Shown piece by piece: positions 56,236 to 64,000 of a DNA stretch of 64,000 nt. The first letter of the stretch is position 1. Each line of letters begins with the position of its first letter. The translations under genes were made by a program, and so were the position numbers. The stretch comes from a virus, in the UHGV virus genome UHGV-1374671; one strand, written 5' to 3'. The notes below the pieces were generated by a model, which had not been told where the DNA came from, ran no database searches, and saw only the letters and a list, made by a program, of their open reading frames with translations.

Positions 56236-57924
56236 ATGCCTGTTGTGAAGTCAAATCTGTCCAGTGATGCTGTTGGCATAATCCGACTTACCGCCGGTGG
56301 TTCCTCTTTTGTATGTACTGCCTTGCAGTATACGATGCGGATGAACAACATCCCGGTCGCAACTGTCACCATTGGAAGCGGAGCGTCTCTGCGGTCACCA
56401 GGAGGTCGTTATCAGACTCCGGAGGAATTGTTGTCCGCAGTGCTGGACAAGCGCAAGGCTGCGTACTCCGACATGGTTGAATGCGCTATGGAAGAGGTCA
56501 TCAACATTGGTGGAGTAAGGCGTACCACTACGATATTCAAAGGCGTGATCGTAACTGGGTCCCCTGTTTACAGGGCCGGCACCCCTACCACCAGAATGAT
56601 CCGGTTCATGTGCATGAACAAGGTCTGCAAGCTCTACACCAAGCCGTTGACCGAGTATGTCAACATGGCAGGCACAGAAGTGATCCAGAAATGGCAGAAG
56701 CGTGACCCGTTCGCAGTGGCCGGAGCTATGGAGCATAACAACCTGTACAGCACAGGAAAACTCAGCGTACCGCAGCTGCTGGAACGTTATGCGTCCAAGC
56801 TGAAGGATGCTACTGTTGTGGAGCGCGTTTCCACCATCACCGGAGCCGTGTTGAATGCAGCTTCCTATCAGGAGAGGGGTGAGACCACTGATTTCAACAT
56901 CGGCGAATACTTCTGCGGAAAGGCCAGGCCGAACACTGATGATTACGGAGATCAGTGTGGAGATGAGTTCAACTCCACATTCTGTCAATACTTGATCCAG
57001 GCCATGCAGAATTCCTCCATTTACGACGCCCTGCAGAGTGTGCTGACATCCGAGTCCTATATGTTGGATCTGCTTCCCAGATGGGACGGCGAGTCGAAAG
57101 AGGACTTCCGTATGGAGATCAGACCTTCCGAGGCCTGGAATCCTAGCGAACCGATCACCATCAAGGAATCTTCCGTCATCGGTATAGACTCCAATTACAA
57201 TCCGATTGCGTGTGTGAACACGCCTGAGGTGTTCATTGTGAACTTCAGTGACGCTGTCGAGTTTGCCATGGACAACATGCCGAACGGCCGTATTGGCCTG
57301 AACGGGGTGTACGCGATGAATGAGACCCTGTGCAACGCGCTCAAGCAGCGCTATCGGAGCGGGAACTCCTGGCTGTCGGCCGAAGATGGAAAACGCATGT
57401 ACAGGGCAAAGTTGTACACGGCCCCGTTCTGGATGCAGCCTGCCATTATCGACCCCAAAAAGGCGAGGAAAGGCACAGACGGCAAGAACTCGGTCAAGAA
57501 CGAGCTTCCTCCTATGGACCCGAAATCTGACAACGAGCAGCCAGATACTCCGGAACCCGCATCCGAGACCCAGAAAAGACTCAATGACATCGCAGACGAC
57601 ATTGCCGAGTCCCTGTTCGCGTTTATTTACGGGAGACAGGACAGATCCATAGTCAGTCTGTACCCGTCACTGCGTTTCGGATACGGTGACGTGTCCCTGG
57701 AAAACAATCTGGGAAAGGCGGTCGACATCGAGTTCACGCCGGACAGCAGAAACAGCTCTTCCGCTGCGAAATCCGTTATGAATATCAGGGGTATTCTGGA
57801 AGCTGTTCAGTACGATTACACCGCAGGACAGTCCACTTCCGCATCGTACACCATAGAACTGAAGTGCGTCCGTCCGCTGGACAAAAACGAGCCGGCTGTA
57901 CCTTGCAAGTTATACAAAGAATAA
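56236..57924 (+). CDS. hypothetical protein (562 aa)
   Basis: Tightly packed ORF. Confidence 0.6.
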   Translation: MPVVKSNLSSDAVGIIRLTAGGSSFVCTALQYTMRMNNIPVATVTIGSGASLRSPGGRYQTPEELLSAVLDKRKAAYSDMVECAMEEVINIGGVRRTTTIFKGVIVTGSPVYRAGTPTTRMIRFMCMNKVCKLYTKPLTEYVNMAGTEVIQKWQKRDPFAVAGAMEHNNLYSTGKLSVPQLLERYASKLKDATVVERVSTITGAVLNAASYQERGETTDFNIGEYFCGKARPNTDDYGDQCGDEFNSTFCQYLIQAMQNSSIYDALQSVLTSESYMLDLLPRWDGESKEDFRMEIRPSEAWNPSEPITIKESSVIGIDSNYNPIACVNTPEVFIVNFSDAVEFAMDNMPNGRIGLNGVYAMNETLCNALKQRYRSGNSWLSAEDGKRMYRAKLYTAPFWMQPAIIDPKKARKGTDGKNSVKNELPPMDPKSDNEQPDTPEPASETQKRLNDIADDIAESLFAFIYGRQDRSIVSLYPSLRFGYGDVSLENNLGKAVDIEFTPDSRNSSSAAKSVMNIRGILEAVQYDYTAGQSTSASYTIELKCVRPLDKNEPAVPCKLYKE

Positions 57925-57935
57925 GGAATACCGGC

Positions 57936-58742
57936 ATGGAAAATCTATTTGATCGAATTGTCAAAACCGTACCGCCGCCGAAGCCGGAAGACGTGGCTAA
58001 GCTCAACGAATTGGATGCAGCAAAGCAGCCCGACCCGACAAAACCGCTTCCGTTGAAGGACCTGGTTGCACGGTGGCAGAAAAACCCGACTTCGGAGGAC
58101 ACTTCCGAGATCCTTCATCAGCTGCAGCCTACCATCAAGTCAGCTATGACCAGTTACGCTCCTGGCATGGATAAACAACTGTCCATCAAGGCGGCCACAC
58201 TTGCGCTGGATGCAATGAAGACATACAATCCGGATAAAGGCGCCGATCCTACTACGCATGCGTTTCACAATCTGAAACGACTCAGCCGGCTCAGCGCCGA
58301 CAGGAACAGCATCATTCCGCAACCGGAGGGGGCCAGGTTGGAGACTCAGCGGTTGATGGAACTTGCGGCGCGTTTCGAGGACGAGAGGGGTCGTGAGCCC
58401 TCCTTTGGAGAGCTGGCGGACATGACAGGCCTGAGCACCAAGCGCGTTGCCAAGCTGATGAGCGGCAATACAGTCATCAACGACACCAGCAGTCTGTCGG
58501 AGGAATCCAAGGAGTCCACGTTCACTCAGAAGGATCTCACTGACGAGGACTATTTCGAGTATGTGTACTCCTCTGTCGGACCTGTTGATCAGAAGATCAT
58601 GGAATGGACGTCAGGAATGCATGGCAGACCGCAGCTGAGCAACGGGGAAATCGCCACTAAGCTGGGGATCAGCGCCGCAGCGGTGAGCCAGCGCAAAAAC
58701 AAGATCATGCAGATGATATCGGATGTGAGGGCCGTGCTATGA
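57936..58742 (+). CDS. sigma-70 family sigma factor
   Basis: Region 2-like IKSAMTSYAPGMDKQLSIKAATLALDAMKTYNPDKGADPTTHAFHNLKR and region 4.2-like HTH IATKLGISAAAVSQRKNKIMQMI; RBS aagga. Confidence 0.65.
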   Translation: MENLFDRIVKTVPPPKPEDVAKLNELDAAKQPDPTKPLPLKDLVARWQKNPTSEDTSEILHQLQPTIKSAMTSYAPGMDKQLSIKAATLALDAMKTYNPDKGADPTTHAFHNLKRLSRLSADRNSIIPQPEGARLETQRLMELAARFEDERGREPSFGELADMTGLSTKRVAKLMSGNTVINDTSSLSEESKESTFTQKDLTDEDYFEYVYSSVGPVDQKIMEWTSGMHGRPQLSNGEIATKLGISAAAVSQRKNKIMQMISDVRAVL

Positions 58743-59104
58743 GTCAAGACGCCGCTATTCTGGCCGCTATAACCAGGGAAGAAGTTCAGGAGATCGATCG
58801 TCTGCTGTGGCCCATCATGTTCGGCACCGAGAAAGAGGTCGAAGAACCCAGCGCTCTTGACTCCACCATGCTGAACCGCGAGGAGGCTGACAAGATAGAC
58901 CAAATCACCGTGGCCACTACGTTGGGAGGAGAGGAGCTGCACGCAGCTTCCAGAGCATACTCCATTGTCCAGGAAGGTCAGCGTGTCCGCAGAGACGTCA
59001 ACATTGCCAGGGCGTCCAGAAAGGATCTGTGGTTCTCCCAGTTGGGCATCATGTTCAAACGGAAACGCCAGCTAGAAGCAAAACTGACCAAGGAGAAGAA
59101 ATGA
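58739..59104 (+). CDS. hypothetical protein
   Basis: ATGA overlaps on both sides; 121 aa. Confidence 0.5.
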   Translation: MSQDAAILAAITREEVQEIDRLLWPIMFGTEKEVEEPSALDSTMLNREEADKIDQITVATTLGGEELHAASRAYSIVQEGQRVRRDVNIARASRKDLWFSQLGIMFKRKRQLEAKLTKEKK

Positions 59105-59472
59105 GCAAGGACATTCTGATGATACCAGACCAGTCCGGCGATGTTTCGTTCTCCATATTGGGAGAGCAGAACGATACCGGGTTGTCGCTGCTGCAGCGTC
59201 TGTACGTGATTCTGCTGTCTCCCAGCGGGGATGCTTACAGAGGCGGTTCCGGCATGTCGCTGCTTCAGTTCGCAGAGGGTGCCAACACCCCGCCTGATTC
59301 TGTGTTGAACTCGATGCTTGCTATTGCCTGCGCCAACGCGCTGAACCAGCTGGACGACGAGGACGCCCGTCATGTTTCGTCGTTCTCAGGTACGGCGTTG
59401 GATGCCAATATAACATTCGTGCTGGAGCTGACGGATGGAACCACAGTGAAAGGACTGCTGACAAATGCCTGA
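59101..59472 (+). CDS. baseplate W / gp25-like protein candidate
   Basis: About 124 aa, directly upstream of a J-like gene; position only. Confidence 0.4.
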   Translation: MSKDILMIPDQSGDVSFSILGEQNDTGLSLLQRLYVILLSPSGDAYRGGSGMSLLQFAEGANTPPDSVLNSMLAIACANALNQLDDEDARHVSSFSGTALDANITFVLELTDGTTVKGLLTNA

Positions 59473-61012
59473 TACGTATATAGAACCTACACAGACTGAA
59501 TTCGATACCGCCGAACAGGTGGCCATCGATGTCGTGAACACCAATTCTCCTTCCGTGATGACCAAAACCGGTTCTGTGATCCGTGAGCTGGTGGTCCGGC
59601 CGCTCTCGTACCTGTTTGCCTGGTCGTCGAGCAACATAGCCAATCTGCAGGAAAAGTCCAGTGTCGAATATTTGATGACGTCGCAGGCCACTGACAATCC
59701 GCTGGCTGACCAGGTGGCGTCCAACTACTTCGTAACACGTAACACCGGTACGAGATCGAAAGGAATCATAACGCTGACGCTGAACACCGGGGTCACCAGA
59801 ATCGCCCAGGGATCCACATTCCAGGCCGGTGATCAGAAATTGATCACTGATGATCAGATTATTGTCACGTCCACTGAGATGACCGACGTTATCGAAGGCG
59901 TCACTTATGTGAAGTCCATTCCTCTTGGAGACGCGTACCTGGCGAACATCCCCGTGGTGGCTACCGCCGTCGGGAAGATCGAAGTTCCGGTAGGAACCCC
60001 TGTCGAAGTGGAGTTCATCAACGGCGTCGTCCTGGACGCGGAGCTGACGTCGGCGGTCACTGGCGGTTCCGACACTGAAACGGATGCATCCATGATGAAG
60101 CGAGCCAGGTACAATACGGCGGAGTCCGGCATCGGCTCCTATTTCGGGTTGAAGAAGAAGTTCTCAAAAGCTCCGGTCACTGTACTGGGGCTGTCCGTGG
60201 TAGCAGGCGAGGACACCCCGATGTTCCGCGCCAGATACAACAACGTGAATGTCAACCCTGGAGGGTTCGTGGACACGTACCTGAAGACACAGGTGCAGCC
60301 GTCCACCACCTCTGTGGTCGTCACTGCCACCAAAGGGTCCGACGGTCGCTATTCAGCACTCCTTACCGGAGACACCTGCTCCGGGTTCTACAGAGTCGTA
60401 TCCGTTGTCGCCGGCGGCGAGTATGTGGATTCCTTCTCGGTCGAGTTCGGAACGGCCAACAATATGTCCAACGCCGAGGGCAGCAGACTGTCCGTGGATC
60501 AGACGGCCACTGTCACGTTCACCAGTACAGCGACGGACGCTACGCTTGAGACCAGCATCATGGTCGAATACATGCCAGGCATCAGCCAGCTGCAGGAATA
60601 CATCGACAGCGACAACGAGCGCTTCATCGGACAGGACATCAAGGCCAAAGCCGCCGTACCTGTTGTCGTATCGTTCGACTGCGCGGTGCGCGGACAGGAA
60701 GAACTTTCCGAAGCCGACGTGGCGCTGCTGAAGCAGGCGATTGTGGATTACGTGAACAGCATCGAAGTCGGCACCAAAACCGTAAACTTCTCCGACATCA
60801 GAAAAGCCTGTCAAACCGTGCTGCCGACTGCGGAGCTGCGACTGCCGTGCATCATGTCGGCAGAGATGGTTCTCAAGGACGGTACGCTGGACACCTTCTA
60901 CACCAGAACCGGCATCCTTGACATCGGCAATCAGGCCAACGAAGGCTACTGGGATCCGCTGATGTGCTTCTTCAGCTTAACCTTGGACAAGGTCAGGATT
61001 TCGCAGATATGA
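59465..61012 (+). CDS. baseplate J-like protein candidate
   Basis: 515 aa in a W-J-I-like run before a fibre gene; position and size only. Confidence 0.4.
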   Translation: MPDTYIEPTQTEFDTAEQVAIDVVNTNSPSVMTKTGSVIRELVVRPLSYLFAWSSSNIANLQEKSSVEYLMTSQATDNPLADQVASNYFVTRNTGTRSKGIITLTLNTGVTRIAQGSTFQAGDQKLITDDQIIVTSTEMTDVIEGVTYVKSIPLGDAYLANIPVVATAVGKIEVPVGTPVEVEFINGVVLDAELTSAVTGGSDTETDASMMKRARYNTAESGIGSYFGLKKKFSKAPVTVLGLSVVAGEDTPMFRARYNNVNVNPGGFVDTYLKTQVQPSTTSVVVTATKGSDGRYSALLTGDTCSGFYRVVSVVAGGEYVDSFSVEFGTANNMSNAEGSRLSVDQTATVTFTSTATDATLETSIMVEYMPGISQLQEYIDSDNERFIGQDIKAKAAVPVVVSFDCAVRGQEELSEADVALLKQAIVDYVNSIEVGTKTVNFSDIRKACQTVLPTAELRLPCIMSAEMVLKDGTLDTFYTRTGILDIGNQANEGYWDPLMCFFSLTLDKVRISQI

Positions 61013-62331
61013 ATTGGATCGCCAAAACAAAGTACATACTGGGCAAGTTCTGGGTCACGTTATTTGGTGACTCTGATTTTATACTTGGAGTAGAAAAGCT
61101 CCATGCACTGTTCGGGCGGCTGAAGGAGAACTCGCTGTTTAACTTCAAAGAAGGCAAAATCTCTCGCAGCAAAGCGTTTAAGCAGGATATAGCCCCGGTT
61201 GTCATCTACATAGACTCCCTTCAAGTCAGGGCTCCTTATTCCTCCGTGGATTCCATCTTGAACGGGGGTACGATTGGGGGGTCACAGCAGAACGCCGGCT
61301 GGGTGGCCGAGTGTACTGCGGATATTGCGTACCCTGACTACCTTACCGATCACGCGGTGGACTTCACCAAAACACTGTTTGCCGGTATTGACTACGAAGT
61401 GAAGGGACGACAGTTCCTGTTCTATGTTGATCCGTCCACAATCGGGTTCCCAACTGTCAAGAGATCTGATCCAGACGGGACGCTGCATGTCTACTATGTC
61501 GTTTTCGGATGGCGTCGCCGCACGTATGCACAGAAGGACGCCGTTGCCGGTTTCCTGGACCCTGCGCTGTCTCCTTACGCGGACAAGGCCTGGGACGTGT
61601 ATATGAACGGCGCGACCTATTACAACACGAAGATGCTGCTCGGCGCCATCACCGGCGCCGTGATCTGCGAGAATGACGGTGTTGTAGATCATCTGTGGCA
61701 GGAACAGGATTACTGGTGCATGCTGGTGGGAGACAAGGTGTACAGCGCCAAGAACGGTATTCAGATCAACTTCGATCACGGCGACGACGTGAAACAAGGG
61801 GACATCCTGTTTGGAAGCATGCGTTTCTACAGCGGACGAGATCTTCCTCCCTATTCCGAGGTTCCTGGAATCCGTGTTCGTACTGATGTAGGCGGGATGA
61901 TCGCACCCAACAACGACACGGCAGCGTACCAGGTGGAAGGAGAGAACATTCTTCCGCTTACCGAGAGCGCTTCCAGGGTTCAGCTGTACAAGGACAGGGC
62001 ATATGAACTGTCCCAGGATCAGAAATGCCCGTATACGTCGATTCCAGCCACTGTGAACCCCTTCAAATTCATCATGCAGGATATGAGACGGGGTCGTGGT
62101 TGTTTTGCAATGCTGACCACCGACAGGCTTCAGAGCATTAATCCTGCCTTGCAGGTGATCCGGGAAGGGATCTGCGCGTCCGGCATCCTCAATGTATTTG
62201 TAAAGGCTGAAGGAGACACCGTAGGGGTCACTGTATCCGACTTCACAGCTGAAACTGGGAATGCGGCGGTGTCTGTGGATGCCACAATTACAATTCAGGA
62301 AGCCTCGGTTGAGGCAAGGGTGTTCATATGA
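61009..62331 (+). CDS. baseplate I-like / tail protein candidate
   Basis: ATGA overlap start at 61009; carries dyad motif copy 5 63 nt downstream. Confidence 0.5.
   Translation: MNWIAKTKYILGKFWVTLFGDSDFILGVEKLHALFGRLKENSLFNFKEGKISRSKAFKQDIAPVVIYIDSLQVRAPYSSVDSILNGGTIGGSQQNAGWVAECTADIAYPDYLTDHAVDFTKTLFAGIDYEVKGRQFLFYVDPSTIGFPTVKRSDPDGTLHVYYVVFGWRRRTYAQKDAVAGFLDPALSPYADKAWDVYMNGATYYNTKMLLGAITGAVICENDGVVDHLWQEQDYWCMLVGDKVYSAKNGIQINFDHGDDVKQGDILFGSMRFYSGRDLPPYSEVPGIRVRTDVGGMIAPNNDTAAYQVEGENILPLTESASRVQLYKDRAYELSQDQKCPYTSIPATVNPFKFIMQDMRRGRGCFAMLTTDRLQSINPALQVIREGICASGILNVFVKAEGDTVGVTVSDFTAETGNAAVSVDATITIQEASVEARVFI
61077..61097 (+). promoter_or_regulatory. dyad motif copy 5 (TTTTATACTTGGAGTAGAAAA)
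   Basis: Sequence match; sits in frame (DFILGVEK). Confidence 0.45.
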
Positions 62332-62771
62332 TGTCGCAATGGCTAAAGGACGGCAAACGCTTTATCTCGGAACTCATAGCAGGCTCTCAAAAGAAAATCA
62401 ACGGCATGTATATCGAGTACAGGCCGTTTAAGGAAAACGGCGGACTTAATAAGGACGCGGCATACTATGAGAACCTGTTGAAAAGTCCGGATTCAGGCTT
62501 TGCTCGTATCGCCATCCAGAGTGCGACAGTCGGTACGGACGGCGTCATTCAGTTCACCGCTTTGCTTACAACAGAAGACCTGAAAGGCGGCGCTATCACG
62601 GAGAATACCGTTCTGACCAGCGCCACCCTGGTGCATATGCCGTCAGAGTGCATGGTCGACGATGTGCTGATCTATAATGCCCTGTTCGGCGGTCGGTACG
62701 GCAACCTTCCCATCAAAGTGGTCAAGGGCGCCTATACAACTGTGAATGTACGCCTATCGTTAGGAGATTGA
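62328..62771 (+). CDS. hypothetical protein
   Basis: ATGA overlap; 147 aa. Confidence 0.55.
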   Translation: MMSQWLKDGKRFISELIAGSQKKINGMYIEYRPFKENGGLNKDAAYYENLLKSPDSGFARIAIQSATVGTDGVIQFTALLTTEDLKGGAITENTVLTSATLVHMPSECMVDDVLIYNALFGGRYGNLPIKVVKGAYTTVNVRLSLGD

Positions 62772-62772
62772 C

Positions 62773-64000
62773 ATGGCCGAAAATGACACTTTCACGCTGC
62801 CGAGGATTTCGGCCGGCGTTTCCGGAGAAGCTGCCATCGATGCGCTAAACGCGCCTGTTGAAGCCACCGAGGATGCACTCAACCAGCTGAGCGCCCGTAT
62901 CAGCAATCAGAACAACAAAAGCGCAGTCATCCGCCAGTACGTGCCCATTGCGGAAGGAGTGCTTCCCGGCACGCTGGTGTACTACGACACCGAGACCGCC
63001 AGGTTCGCGCCGGCCATTGCCGAGCTGCTCGGAACGCCCGGTGAGAACGGGGCGTCTGTCGAGTCCCCGAAAGCGCGCTGCGAAGGGTTGATCCTGTCGA
63101 TTGATTCCAGTGGAGTCACCGGTACGATGCTCTGCGGTGGGTACTATGAGTCTGTATCAGTGGCTCAGGCCTGTCTGGGCGTTAACGCGGTTGCCGGCAC
63201 GTATTACCTATCCCCGTTCAACGCAGGCAAGGCCGTGACCGACACCTATGGTCATTTGCGACAGGCCATCCTCTCGTACTACGGAAACGGAAAGTTCAAT
63301 CTGAACGTGTTCTATCTGGCGCACGACAACCACTTTCACGGCAGCTCAGTGCTGTCAGGAATGTGGGTCGCGGCAGATCACTTCGAGGACAAGGGCGTGA
63401 CTCCGCCGGAAGGAGCTGCGTATGTGTACGACGGAGCAGGTGACCTGAGCTTCGACAACCTGGGACAGCTTACGGCTGCCACGACTGCCGTGTTCTACAA
63501 GGGCGTGCTGCAGGTACCTGGAAGCGACTTCCTGGTGGACAAGGGATACCTGTGGTACAAGGGAAGCACACCTCCTGGCACGAACGAGGTCACCATCTTC
63601 AACCACTACCCGTTCGCATACAACAGCCCGATTGTCAGAAGCGTGGAGTCCATGAACGCCGCGCTGTCCGTCACCAACCGCAACGGACTGATCCAGCTTA
63701 CGATGTCGGATTTCGTTGCCGGCACTGTCGCCAAGAACGCCATGGCGATCTCCGCGATTTCCGGCAACCGCATTTTGTACACTCCTGTGGTTACGGAAGC
63801 GAACCAGGGACCCGGCATTCTGGTGACCAGAGCTGCCGACGGCAGCGTAACCATTGCCGCATCCAACCTGGTTGGCAACCCGATCGACGCGTACAGCATC
63901 AATCACAACGGAACCAATATGACCAGTGACGGTACGTTTACTTACGTCACGTTCCCCAGGACCCGCAGCAGCGAGTTCGTAATGTCGCTCCCGGTGAAAG
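62773..64000 (+). CDS. tail fibre / baseplate protein, 5' part (runs off the window)
   Basis: RBS taggaga; frame translated by eye is open to nt 64000. Confidence 0.55.
   Translation, partial: MAENDTFTLPRISAGVSGEAAIDALNAPVEATEDALNQLSARISNQNNKSAVIRQYVPIAEGVLPGTLVYYDTETARFAPAIAELLGTPGENGASVESPKARCEGLILSIDSSGVTGTMLCGGYYESVSVAQACLGVNAVAGTYYLSPFNAGKAVTDTYGHLRQAILSYYGNGKFNLNVFYLAHDNHFHGSSVLSGMWVAADHFEDKGVTPPEGAAYVYDGAGDLSFDNLGQLTAATTAVFYKGVLQVPGSDFLVDKGYLWYKGSTPPGTNEVTIFNHYPFAYNSPIVRSVESMNAALSVTNRNGLIQLTMSDFVAGTVAKNAMAISAISGNRILYTPVVTEANQGPGILVTRAADGSVTIAASNLVGNPIDAYSINHNGTNMTSDGTFTYVTFPRTRSSEFVMSLPVK

Noticed and set aside
1-64000. CRISPR arrays, tRNA/rRNA genes, integrase or transposase genes
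   Set aside because: No direct-repeat/spacer periodicity, no cloverleaf-like conserved tRNA segments in the few intergenic gaps, and no recognisable recombinase motifs were seen. This cannot be fully excluded without tRNAscan or HMM searches.

Overview
All convincing genes in this 64-kb window lie on the + strand. It is a densely packed block of a large tailed phage (myovirus or jumbo-phage-like, roughly 55-60% GC). All comparisons to known proteins below are from memory of motifs and gene-order conventions, not database searches.

The gene content, in order, is:
- a 1798-aa tail fibre built from five tandem LamG/concanavalin-like modules;
- an RCC1-repeat propeller protein;
- three secreted proteins, two of them tandem paralogs;
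- a glycine-zipper membrane protein and a ferritin-like di-iron protein;
- a phage multisubunit RNA polymerase encoded as a betaC-beta'N fusion plus a separate beta'C gene, interrupted by three inteins (two carrying LAGLIDADG endonucleases);
- a likely head module: a 732-aa protein, an unknown-function protein carrying a fourth (mini) intein (a protease role is only a guess), an acidic scaffold-like protein and a capsid candidate;
- a second collagen-like fibre, a Cys/Trp-rich protein, tail sheath and tube candidates;
- a chaperone pair with a canonical -1 frameshift site, a tape-measure candidate, a sigma-70-family factor, and baseplate W/J/I-like genes.

The signals not explained by the annotation are these:
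- a low-GC cassette (hairpin, TTGAAA-N17-TATGTT promoter, Shine-Dalgarno (SD) site, ATG) embedded in frame inside the intein that splits the beta' NADFDGD catalytic motif;
- a 21-bp dyad motif (wwTTATACTynrAGTAGAAAA) present in six +strand copies, four of them inside coding sequence;
- non-canonical splice junctions for that intein;
- a near-identical 5' leader on two unrelated genes.
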